Source: Salinispira sp. (GTDB lineage: Bacteria; Spirochaetota; Spirochaetia; DSM-27196; Salinispiraceae). From it: a DNA stretch of 64,000 bases. The DNA is taken from NCBI GenBank assembly GCA_965602015.1, contig OZ271918.1, positions 1,120,001 through 1,184,000 of the forward strand. The letters run 5' to 3'. Below, piece after piece: positions 47,276 through 56,117 of the stretch. Each line of letters opens with the position of its first letter. Positions within the stretch are counted from its first letter, which is position 1. The position numbers were made by a program, and so were the translations under genes. The notes under the pieces are model-generated. The model ran no database searches. It was not told the origin of the DNA and saw only the letters and a list, made by a program, of their open reading frames with translations.

Positions 47276-49798
47276 TTACAGTCCCAGTTCCTCGAAAAGC
47301 TTCTGATATGTTGCGAAGTGCTCCGATTGGGCGAACTCTTCTATTTTCTCTTCCGGAAGATTCTCAAGAAGGGAGTCCATGTACGTCAATACGGCCTTGA
47401 TTTCGCTTTTTATATCGCTTGACAGGGCTTCCCGCGATTGGCTTTCATCCGGGCTGAGCTGTACCGGGGAGGCATCGTGGCTGTCCAGATCGATTTCCTC
47501 CACGTCGCCTTCGCTTGAAAGGTCGAGGGCCGGAGCTTCTTCTTCGAAACCGGCTCCCAGCAGTTCTTCTTCCTCGGCGCTTAAATCTTCTGTGGGGTGT
47601 ATGTCATCGTCGATTTCATCGAGGGTGATTTCCTCCAGCTCGTCTTCGTCGGCCCCGGTTTCCTGAATAAGAATGCTTTCGTCATCATCACTGAGATCAA
47701 GTTCTTCGCCTTCATTGAGGTCGAGGATTTCATCCTCGATTTCCACTTCATCACTCTCAAGGGGTTCGGCCTCGCCGTCGACCACGTCATCGCTGTCCGC
47801 CAGTTCGGGGAGTTCCAGTTCCATTTCCTCCAGGTCGTCTCCGGTGTACAGTTGAATATCATCTTCATCATCGGAGAGGTCGTCTATACCTTGCAGCTCT
47901 TCTTCGATGTCAAGGTCGGCCATAGCCTGAATTTCATCTTCGCTGCCCTTGAAAGGATCCTCGGCGGTATCTACGCTGATTTCGGTTAGTTGGCTGTCGT
48001 CGCCGCCGGCGTCTTCAAAGGCCGGCGAATCGCTGAGATCCTCATCGGGATTTATGCTCGATTCTCCGGCTTCCTCGGTGAATTCCGCGGTATTGAGGAT
48101 ATTATCGAGTTCATCCCCGGTGAGGGCAATGGTTTCATCGTCGTCGTCTGAGGAAAAGAACCCGCCGGCATCGACGCCGTCCCCCTCGCTTTCCTCATGG
48201 GAGTAGCCCTGGCTGATGTCCTCGGTAGCTGTTTCCTGATCGTTCGCTGAAGTTGGCGCCGATTGGATAGCTGGCGATTCGCCTCCGGCTCGCATCCTGC
48301 GCAGTTCTTCGCGGAGATCGGTGAGTTCGCTTTTTATTGAGCTGAGCTCGCTTTCAATGCTGTGAAGTATGTTCTCCGATTCCCGGTCGCTGAGCTGAAG
48401 AGCTTCATCGACCATGGAGCCGTTATCCCCATCGTCCGAATCCGAAAGGCTGTCACTGAATGCCGCTACGTCATCAAAACCTTCATTCTCGGCGGGTGTC
48501 GCTGCTTCAAGCTCATCGTCTGAACCTAGTTCATCGAGCTCTTCGCTGTAATCCGTATCCGGCATATCGTCGAGGCTGACTACATCTTCCTCGGCTCCCG
48601 GCAGTGATGAGTCGTCCAAGTCGACATCTTCTTCATTACTGTCCAGACCGAGAATATCTTCATCGAGATCAATATCTATATCGAGGTCTTCTGCGGGAAG
48701 TTCGGTGCTGAGGGCGTCTTGCTGATCGTCAAGCTCAAGAAAAGAGTCTTCTGAATCAAGCGGTGAATCATCCTCATCGCCGTTTTCAGGAGCGGTTTTA
48801 TCCATAAACTCGTCTATGCTGATGTCTTCGAGGAGATCTTCATCCTGGAGGTCATCCAGCTCGTCCATGCTCTCTAGAGCGCCCGGAGAGGCCTCATCGG
48901 ACGGTGACAGGTCTTCATCGTCGGGTTCTGACGATTGCTTGATAGAAACCGTATCATCATCCAGGTCTTCAATATCGAGTTCGAAATCATCTCCGTCCGA
49001 TGGGGTATCGTCATCTAATACGGAAATTTCGTCATCAAGCTCTGGGATGGTGATGTCTTCAAGTTCATCGTCCAAACCGGGAATTACAATGTCTTCTTCC
49101 AGTTCTTCGTCGCCTTCGAGGACGAGGTCGTCCTCGTGATCGTCTAATTCTAGTTTGAGATCGTCTTCCTCGAGGTAAATGGTGTCACCATCCTCTTCCT
49201 CTTCGAGACTCAGGGCGATTTCCTCTTCCAGGTCAGACAAATCACCGAGGTCGCCAAGATCGTCTTCATCGGAACTGTCCGCTATATCCAAACTGTCGTT
49301 ATCTGCTTCAGAGCTGCTTTCCAGATCCTCAATATCCAGCTCGTCATCCAGGGTCATTTCCAGCTCATCGCTGTCGTCTTCGCTGCTTTCCTCATCGAGG
49401 TCGGCGATGCCGATCAGTTCTTCATCATCCAGTGAAATTTCCGGTTCTTCCGATTCAGACGCATCAACAGAAAAATCCTGATCGGCCGCTAAATCTACTG
49501 AATCATTATTAACGGCTGAAAAATCCGGATCATCGCTCCCGAACGATTCAAGACCCTCAGAATCATCGTCGAGGTCGAGCAGACCATCCTCTTCGAGCAT
49601 TATTTCTTCTTCCTGGAGATCGGCAAGAAGGCTTTCTTCTTCCTCGTCGAGATCGCTTAAACTATCTTCTTCCTGGGCTTCATAAACGTCCTCTGGCCCG
49701 GCCTTTACAAATACGCCGTAGGAGGTGAGTTCATCATCCAGTTCATTAATATCATCAAGATCCATTTCCTGATCCTGTGAATTAGTCTTGTCAGCCAT
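47276..49798 (-). CDS. Extremely acidic, largely disordered 840-aa protein with central coiled coil and helical C-terminus
   Basis: D/E make up about 39 of the first 100 residues by my count, and the acidic bias persists; coiled coil ILHSIESELSSIKSELTDLREELRRM; C-terminus IKAVLTYMDSLLENLPEEKIEEFA..LFEELGL. GGAG RBS upstream. Confidence 0.9.
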   Translation of the reverse strand: MADKTNSQDQEMDLDDINELDDELTSYGVFVKAGPEDVYEAQEEDSLSDLDEEEESLLADLQEEEIMLEEDGLLDLDDDSEGLESFGSDDPDFSAVNNDSVDLAADQDFSVDASESEEPEISLDDEELIGIADLDEESSEDDSDELEMTLDDELDIEDLESSSEADNDSLDIADSSDEDDLGDLGDLSDLEEEIALSLEEEEDGDTIYLEEDDLKLELDDHEDDLVLEGDEELEEDIVIPGLDDELEDITIPELDDEISVLDDDTPSDGDDFELDIEDLDDDTVSIKQSSEPDDEDLSPSDEASPGALESMDELDDLQDEDLLEDISIDEFMDKTAPENGDEDDSPLDSEDSFLELDDQQDALSTELPAEDLDIDIDLDEDILGLDSNEEDVDLDDSSLPGAEEDVVSLDDMPDTDYSEELDELGSDDELEAATPAENEGFDDVAAFSDSLSDSDDGDNGSMVDEALQLSDRESENILHSIESELSSIKSELTDLREELRRMRAGGESPAIQSAPTSANDQETATEDISQGYSHEESEGDGVDAGGFFSSDDDDETIALTGDELDNILNTAEFTEEAGESSINPDEDLSDSPAFEDAGGDDSQLTEISVDTAEDPFKGSEDEIQAMADLDIEEELQGIDDLSDDEDDIQLYTGDDLEEMELELPELADSDDVVDGEAEPLESDEVEIEDEILDLNEGEELDLSDDDESILIQETGADEDELEEITLDEIDDDIHPTEDLSAEEEELLGAGFEEEAPALDLSSEGDVEEIDLDSHDASPVQLSPDESQSREALSSDIKSEIKAVLTYMDSLLENLPEEKIEEFAQSEHFATYQKLFEELGL

Positions 49799-49975
49799 TG
49801 GCGATCTCCTGGTTGATTGATCAGACAGTAGTCTAGCAAAAGTATCGGCTGAACGAAAAAAAACGTTACACCTAATCTAAATCTACAGCATGCGCTGTGC
49901 GCTGTCAATTAAATGGAGATTTAGGGAGTCCATCCACTCAAGGGCCGGCCATCAGGGGCCGTTAATATATGAGAT

Positions 49976-50542
49976 ATGAAAGTCCGCCACCTGCTTATCG
50001 CCCTCTTTGCCGGGCTCGTAACATACTCACTGCTCGCCCTCATTGACGGTCCGTACAGCAGTCGTAGATTAGAGCAATTAATCCAATACCACAGCTCCCT
50101 TGAGGAAAATCTCGAGCTTCTGGCCCAGACCGGTGAAGCTTTAGAGGCCCACTATTATGAACTCCGGGACGATTCCAGGGCGATTATTCGGGAGGCTCAG
50201 AGAATCGGCATGGTACTGCCGGGGGAACAGCTTCTTCAGCAGGCCGGGCGGCAGAGGAGTATCGAGGGAATAAGCCCTGGGCAGATAATAATGTACTCAT
50301 ATCCCGACCCCCCGGATCCGATGTTTCGCCGGGCAATAGCCCTCTCCAGCGGGCTTCTCATTTTTATGCTTTTGGTAATTGCGGATCCTCCCGAGCAGCC
50401 GGGCCGGAGGACAGTCTCCCGGGAACAGCGGGGAAACATGCCCGAAGGCTCAGGCCAGTTCGATCCTCGGATACTGGGTAGAGTGGGAAGCGATGTGGAA
50501 ATGGGTCAGTCAATGCGTGTCCAGGTAGCGTCCCGGGAATAA
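49976..50542 (+). CDS. Septum formation initiator (FtsB/DivIC-like) with extra C-terminal TM
   Basis: TM, then G.YS, a coiled coil and REAQRIGMVLPGE, matching the AR..LG...PGE motif. Confidence 0.7.
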   Translation: MKVRHLLIALFAGLVTYSLLALIDGPYSSRRLEQLIQYHSSLEENLELLAQTGEALEAHYYELRDDSRAIIREAQRIGMVLPGEQLLQQAGRQRSIEGISPGQIIMYSYPDPPDPMFRRAIALSSGLLIFMLLVIADPPEQPGRRTVSREQRGNMPEGSGQFDPRILGRVGSDVEMGQSMRVQVASRE

Positions 50543-51450
50543 GTATTATCCACCCGGGAAATCTCGCCGTCTTCTATATAAAAATAAGAAGTAAACTTCC
50601 GTCCTATGAGCAGTTCGCCATCGTCGGTCAGCCGGAACTCCCAGGACATGGGGCGGGCTATGCTGACGATCTGGTTAGCGATGGAAAAGGGGAAGAGGGG
50701 CAGGTACATTTTTGGGGCGTTCGGTTCATCCTGACGGACCCGAACCTGTTCCCCTTCGATGCTCACCCGGATTCTCATCTGATCGTCGCCGGAAAGATTG
50801 GCGAAACCGCTGCCGTCGCTTTCTATTGTTACGGCTCCGAGGCCGGTGTCGCCCTGCCAGGTGCCGCTGATGTAGGCCATGCTGGGCCGCTGCCATTGGA
50901 CATCGCTGCCGGACTGCCGCTCCACGCCCTGCGCGATACCCCTTGATTCCTGCTCTTCCTCAAAGCCGAACAGACTAAACACCATCCCCCGGGATCCGGA
51001 AATACTTGTTTCCAGATCGGGAAAGTCGTCGCTGTGGGCAATAAGCAGTTCTCCGCTGGAAAGGGAGTAAATATGAATGTCCACATAAACGCGGCTTCCG
51101 ATTCTGTTTGCCTGCCCCACGATAACTCCGCGACTCCTGGCGGGTATCTGTCCTCCGTAATCGTCAAAAAACGAGAGGGCGTTTTCCCCGAAGGGAAAAA
51201 AGCGGCGGAAGGCCTGTCGATCTTCTATAGGCACAATCGAATAGTTAGCCTGGCGCGCCACCTCAAGCAGGTGACTGGTCACCCGGTTTTCGAGAACCGT
51301 TATTTCCGAGGATTGGAACTGACTTTCCTCAAAGAGGAATCCGGCGTAGGCAAAGGTAATACTCGAACGGGGAATCTGAGCGTAGACGGAGGAGATGATC
51401 AGCGTGAATGCCGATAGTAACAGTAGTACGCGACGGGTTAGGGCACCCAT
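50506..51450 (-). CDS. Exported hypothetical protein
   Basis: Signal peptide (LLLLSAFTLIISSVYA); CsgG/TolB-N-like first half; second domain ISGTWQGDTGLG. Confidence 0.7.
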   Translation of the reverse strand: MGALTRRVLLLLSAFTLIISSVYAQIPRSSITFAYAGFLFEESQFQSSEITVLENRVTSHLLEVARQANYSIVPIEDRQAFRRFFPFGENALSFFDDYGGQIPARSRGVIVGQANRIGSRVYVDIHIYSLSSGELLIAHSDDFPDLETSISGSRGMVFSLFGFEEEQESRGIAQGVERQSGSDVQWQRPSMAYISGTWQGDTGLGAVTIESDGSGFANLSGDDQMRIRVSIEGEQVRVRQDEPNAPKMYLPLFPFSIANQIVSIARPMSWEFRLTDDGELLIGRKFTSYFYIEDGEISRVDNTYSRDATWTRID

Positions 51451-51500
51451 GCAGTTAATGTACTCCCGGCGGACTAAAAAATCCATAGCCCGAACCGGGC

Positions 51501-52838
51501 CTATCGGACCTTGCGGGCTTCGTAATAGTATCGCTTCTCCTCGGCATCTCCCATGCTGAAGGCTTTGCGAGGCAGGGCACCGTGATGAATCACATAGGAA
51601 AACAGATCCTCCCGTGCAATAACGTTAAAAAACACCGCAATTCTGTCCGAGTGGTCAGCAGCGAGGTTTTTGCTGTGTTCCCAGCCGTGAATGAAATCGA
51701 TGGTTGAGCCCTGATTCTCCAGCCTTTTTTGAGCGCGGTCAACGGTTGCCGGTGCCAGCTCGTTCCTTGAGCCTGCAAACGCGTACCACCGCTTGTTATT
51801 AAAAACGACTGCCCCGTCTTTATTGGATTGTAACCATTTTTTTGCGGCGGTTTCACCCTCCAAATGGGTCAGTCCGCCGGCTTCAGGGGCTTCACCAGCC
51901 AATGCATCGGCAAAGGATGTGAAGTCGGTAGTAAAAAGGACCCTGTGGATCGGTTCGAAGCGCAGGCCGGGACTGTATATGTTCACTATTTCCGCCAACG
52001 CGTATCTGGCGGGGTGATCCTGTATGTCCTCCATGGCTCCGCCGGAATCCACATGCTTCTTTTTTAGTGTTTCCCACACGGTTTTTGCGGTGGCCAGGCT
52101 GTGATTTCCGTCACCCATGGCGAATAATAGCGGGGTGGAGCTGCCGTAACGGGCGGAGGTTATTTCCGGGCTGGCAAGCTGTCCCAGCTTGCCGGCGATT
52201 GAATTAATCAGATCGGGGTCGTCAATCCAGTACCCTTTTATGCTGCCGCCGTCTTCCATCAGGTCAAAACTGTAGAGAGGCTCAAGTTCATCGGTCATCG
52301 ATGACAGGGGTTCGATAATCTGGTTTTCCCGGTCGTCGATGAGAATCATGACGTGGGGAAGTTCCAGCGGTGCTTCTTCCCGGACCCGTACCCGGGGAGG
52401 GATGCGTTCAACGATTGTGCCCTCAGTGGCCCGGATCAGGCTGGTGCTGCCCGGTCTGAAATCGTATTGCTCAAGATCGACGGCCAAAACCAATCCCTGC
52501 CGAAGACCCGAGGCCTCGGTGCGCCGTTCCACGTAGACCCAGCCGTATCCCCGGCTCTCCAGCACTCCCTGTTTTATATATTCGTCCATAGCCTGGTGTA
52601 TGGCTTTGATGCGTCGGGGAGCGTCTTCATCTTCGAGATACACCTCGGGAAACACCAGCTCCAGACTGCTGGGAGATGTACTGCAACGCTCTTCTACCCG
52701 CTTCCAGTATGATCTGTCGGAAGTGTGCTGATCACAGGCGATAACCGCCCAGTTGCCGGGATCGACAGCCTGAGACGGCAGAAGTATCTCCGGTACAGTG
52801 ATGCCAAGGGATTGCAGTAGACTGCTGTCAATCTTCAT
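51501..52838 (-). CDS. DUF1015 family protein
   Basis: WAVIACDQHTS, LIRATEGT..RIPPR, GDGNHSLATAK, FEPIHRV, LPRKAFSMG.A.EKRYY.E. Confidence 0.85.
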   Translation of the reverse strand: MKIDSSLLQSLGITVPEILLPSQAVDPGNWAVIACDQHTSDRSYWKRVEERCSTSPSSLELVFPEVYLEDEDAPRRIKAIHQAMDEYIKQGVLESRGYGWVYVERRTEASGLRQGLVLAVDLEQYDFRPGSTSLIRATEGTIVERIPPRVRVREEAPLELPHVMILIDDRENQIIEPLSSMTDELEPLYSFDLMEDGGSIKGYWIDDPDLINSIAGKLGQLASPEITSARYGSSTPLLFAMGDGNHSLATAKTVWETLKKKHVDSGGAMEDIQDHPARYALAEIVNIYSPGLRFEPIHRVLFTTDFTSFADALAGEAPEAGGLTHLEGETAAKKWLQSNKDGAVVFNNKRWYAFAGSRNELAPATVDRAQKRLENQGSTIDFIHGWEHSKNLAADHSDRIAVFFNVIAREDLFSYVIHHGALPRKAFSMGDAEEKRYYYEARKVR

Positions 52839-52939
52839 CGGGCCCCCCAATGTGCTGTAGATCGCTGACAGCATAGTAAGTATTGAATTATCATGCAATA
52901 AGCTTGTGTACCGGCCCGACGGGCCATATACTGCTGATT

Positions 52940-53878
52940 ATGCCTGCGCCCCTCCCGGATTTTGTACTTCACACTGGTCCTCTTGCGCCGTCCCCGGAAA
53001 TCTTTATTAAATCCCTGCGAGGCCTGCTCGCCGATACGGCCCGGCCCCTGTCGCTTGATTTTATATCGATGTATCCCTTTGAAAACCGCGATGACCGGCT
53101 GGCCTATGACGAGCACCTCTTTGCGGCGCTTTTTGAGAAGGCCGGACATATTCGGCCGGTGTTCGATCTTACGACGCCGTTCAGGCCGCCGGGCCGGGAG
53201 GATTGGGAGTCCGGGCTCGATGAGGGAAACGGGGAGGGACTTCCATTTTTAGTCCGAAGGATTTGGGACGCCCTGGAAGATATCCACGGAATCGCCGACC
53301 GTCGATTTCACGGAATTGACCTGCTGATTCGTACCGATGGATCAAGGGGAGATGAGCTGATTTCCAGGCTTGCACAGCTGGGGAGTTACCCCCGGGAGGC
53401 ATACCGCCTCATCGATTCATCTCGATTTCCGGCGCCGCCTTCCCGCTTCCGCCTGTTGCCATCGGCAATCTGGGAGGAGCAATTTGCGCTCTTTGGCTTA
53501 CAGCGCGGAGGGGCCGGGGGGACAATTCCCTTTGGAGATCCCATTGAACCTCAGCTCGACTACATAGATGAGTTGTGGACCGAGTATTGTCGAACGGCAT
53601 CCCGGCTGGGGTTCCGTGTTCAGCGCCGAAACATAAACCGCTTGCGGGGGCGCAGAAGGAGGGAAAACTGGCCGTTTATCCCAATCGGACAGCCTGCGGT
53701 GGATCTTGAAGCGAGCTACGAGCGATTGACCGCCGCCTGCGACGCAGTTTTACAGGGGCGAAGCGAAGAGCGCTGGTATGGGGAGTTCCGACTTACACTG
53801 GATGCCCATCACCGGACGATGAGGTCTGCCGCCGCTATGGGTGAATATCCCGTTCTTCCGGGGGATTCTCCTTCCTGA
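52940..53878 (+). CDS. Hypothetical protein
   Basis: Only long ORF in the gap between DUF1015 and the U32 gene; no recognised motif; start uncertain. Confidence 0.65.
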   Translation: MPAPLPDFVLHTGPLAPSPEIFIKSLRGLLADTARPLSLDFISMYPFENRDDRLAYDEHLFAALFEKAGHIRPVFDLTTPFRPPGREDWESGLDEGNGEGLPFLVRRIWDALEDIHGIADRRFHGIDLLIRTDGSRGDELISRLAQLGSYPREAYRLIDSSRFPAPPSRFRLLPSAIWEEQFALFGLQRGGAGGTIPFGDPIEPQLDYIDELWTEYCRTASRLGFRVQRRNINRLRGRRRRENWPFIPIGQPAVDLEASYERLTAACDAVLQGRSEERWYGEFRLTLDAHHRTMRSAAAMGEYPVLPGDSPS

Positions 53879-55079
53879 TAATGTAGCCCTCTTGAACCGG
53901 CAGCTTGGTTTGAAGCTCGTAGTATTTGCCGTGATCGGCCTGGTTTACCGGACTGCCCGCTTTATCGAACAAGGCAAAATCTTCATCTCTGATGTATAGA
54001 ATATCCGGACCGATGTACTCCAACACGTCATCCGATCGAATCTGGTTCTTAACATTCACTATCCATCGGCCGTTCGGCATGCGCCGCTCCAGAGTGCCCA
54101 GGAAACGGTGGCTCCGCCGGTATGAGATTTCATTTGGCCGGGATATTTCTTCATTCCCGAAATAGAAGCCCGTGGTAAATTCCCGGTGACTTACCTTGTA
54201 GAGCTCCTGCCGGTAGGCATTGGTGACAGAGCGGTCTAGTTCTCCCCGCAAAACCCGGTCGATTTCCGCCCGGTACGCGCGGGTGACCATGGCCGCGTAA
54301 TACAGACTTTTCATCCGGCCCTCAATTTTAAGGCTGTCCACCCCGGCATCCTTCAGGGCATCGATGTGGTCAATCATGCAGATATCTTTGCTGGAGAGGA
54401 TGGTAGTGAATCCCGCGCCTTCGGTAACCGGGTAATACTCGCCGGGGCGTTTCTCTTCCTCCAGCACGGTCTTTCCCTCGGCGAGCATTCTGAAATTCCA
54501 CCGGCAGCTGTGGCTGCAGTCGCCCTTATTGGCTGACCGGTCGGCCATCCAGCTGCTGAGAAAGCAGCGGCCGGAATACGCCAGGCACATGGCCCCGTGC
54601 ACGAATGTTTCGATTTCCAGCCCGGGAAGGCGCTGTTTGATTTCTCCGATTTCTTCTATGCTCAGCTCTCTTCCGGGAATAATACGGCTGAAGCCCATAT
54701 CGGCGTACATGGCGGCGGCTTCGGCGTTGACGCAATTGGCCTGGGTCGATAGATGGAACTCCATATCCCCAAAACGCCGGCGGAGGACCGGCAGGGCGCC
54801 GATGTCTGAAATAATAAGGGCGTCAAAGGGATACCGGGAGAGATAATCCAGGTTTTCCTCAAGCTGCCGCAGGTCCCGGTTGTGGAAATAGATGTTTAAT
54901 GCGCCGTAGAGTTTCCTGCCGCCCTTGATTCGGGAGATTTCCTTCCAGTCCTCGTCGCGAAAGTTCTCGGCCTTTGCCCTGAGGCTGAACTGGCCGATTC
55001 CGATGTAGGCCGCATCGGCACCATAGCGGTACACCGTTTGTAATTTTTCAAGATTGCCGGCGGGGGCCAGAAGTTCCAT
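53835..55079 (-). CDS. U32-family protein (TrhP-like, Fe-S, putative tRNA hydroxylation)
   Basis: MELLAPAG, HLSTQAN, ETFVHGAMCLAYSGRC, N.GDCSHSCR, SLKIEGRMKS, HREFTTGF. Confidence 0.9.
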   Translation of the reverse strand: MELLAPAGNLEKLQTVYRYGADAAYIGIGQFSLRAKAENFRDEDWKEISRIKGGRKLYGALNIYFHNRDLRQLEENLDYLSRYPFDALIISDIGALPVLRRRFGDMEFHLSTQANCVNAEAAAMYADMGFSRIIPGRELSIEEIGEIKQRLPGLEIETFVHGAMCLAYSGRCFLSSWMADRSANKGDCSHSCRWNFRMLAEGKTVLEEEKRPGEYYPVTEGAGFTTILSSKDICMIDHIDALKDAGVDSLKIEGRMKSLYYAAMVTRAYRAEIDRVLRGELDRSVTNAYRQELYKVSHREFTTGFYFGNEEISRPNEISYRRSHRFLGTLERRMPNGRWIVNVKNQIRSDDVLEYIGPDILYIRDEDFALFDKAGSPVNQADHGKYYELQTKLPVQEGYIIRKENPPEERDIHP

Positions 55080-55089
55080 ACCGGTACCG

Positions 55090-56103
55090 TTAATCCCTGC
55101 GGAGGGAGGTGAAGTCCCCCGCGGCCTCATGCATAAACAGCATAAGGTACTGCTGAAGGTCGAGAAAAAACTCCTGCTGAAGGTATATGAGGTCGGGACC
55201 CACATAGCGGTAATGCCAGGGTTCAAAGATGTACCCCGTCAGCTCCTCGTACCCGTCGGGGTAGGAGAGGCTGAAACCGAAGCGGTGTGCGTTCTCATTC
55301 AGCCAGATCCCCGCGGGATGCTCGGCAAAGGCTGCGGTAACCGACCCGAAATCCACCGTGGTTCCCAACTGGTGCTGGCTGGTACCCGCCCGGGCGCTGA
55401 CCCGTTCTGCCTGCTCGAGTCCAAGCTGATCGACCCAGCGCTGGAACAGCCCCTCCTGGTACTCGTAGCTCCGGTAGGTGCTCGACAGGTCGAGTACGAT
55501 GCCGTCCTGCAGCGCCGCCTCGTTCATAGCCAGGAGCCAGGGCATAATCACGGCGCGCAAACTCAAATCATTGCGGTTCTGCACAAGCTGGTCAGCATAT
55601 CCGCTTAGGGAAACCAGGTCCTCCGGTTCATAATTTTCCGGGAGGAAGGTCTGTTTATCCGCCAGGGCGTAGAACATCGGGTCCCCGTCGAGAACCATGG
55701 CCATCCGGTCCAGGAAGGTTTCCCGGCGTAAAGAGATGGCTGATATAATCTCGGACGCAGCGGGTTCGGGGATAGCATCGCCTATGCGGAGAAAAACATC
55801 CTGCAGAATGCTGTCAAGACCGTCGGCGTCCAGGTCAAACTTCGGGTGCGCCGGCTCAAATGCCTCGGGTTCAACGCCGGTGCCCTCCTGGGAGATTGGG
55901 CTGTCCTCCGGGCTGATAGCGCCGTTTGCGCCGAAACCGAGGCTGTCGGAAAATCGGGCGCCGGCGGTAAAACCGACCAGCAAGGCGCCTAACACAAGCA
56001 GCAGCCCGGTTGTTATCCGAACCAGGCGCTGCATAAAGCTGTTATTCCGCATGCTGCGGGATTTCCCTGTTCGGGAATTTCCGTCTCGTGATTGTGGACT
56101 CAT
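55090..56103 (-). CDS. M15B D-alanyl-D-alanine carboxypeptidase (VanY-like), membrane anchored
   Basis: STYRSYEYQ, SQHQLGTTVD, GFSLSYP, EPWHYRYVG; N-terminal TM. Start uncertain. Confidence 0.9.
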   Translation of the reverse strand: MSPQSRDGNSRTGKSRSMRNNSFMQRLVRITTGLLLVLGALLVGFTAGARFSDSLGFGANGAISPEDSPISQEGTGVEPEAFEPAHPKFDLDADGLDSILQDVFLRIGDAIPEPAASEIISAISLRRETFLDRMAMVLDGDPMFYALADKQTFLPENYEPEDLVSLSGYADQLVQNRNDLSLRAVIMPWLLAMNEAALQDGIVLDLSSTYRSYEYQEGLFQRWVDQLGLEQAERVSARAGTSQHQLGTTVDFGSVTAAFAEHPAGIWLNENAHRFGFSLSYPDGYEELTGYIFEPWHYRYVGPDLIYLQQEFFLDLQQYLMLFMHEAAGDFTSLRRD

Positions 56104-56117
56104 CTCAGGCCACTGTA

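Noticed and set aside
47379..49481. Ser-rich plus-strand ORFs over the acidic gene
   Set aside because: They arise from reading Asp/Glu codons antisense (TCN) and are not independent genes.
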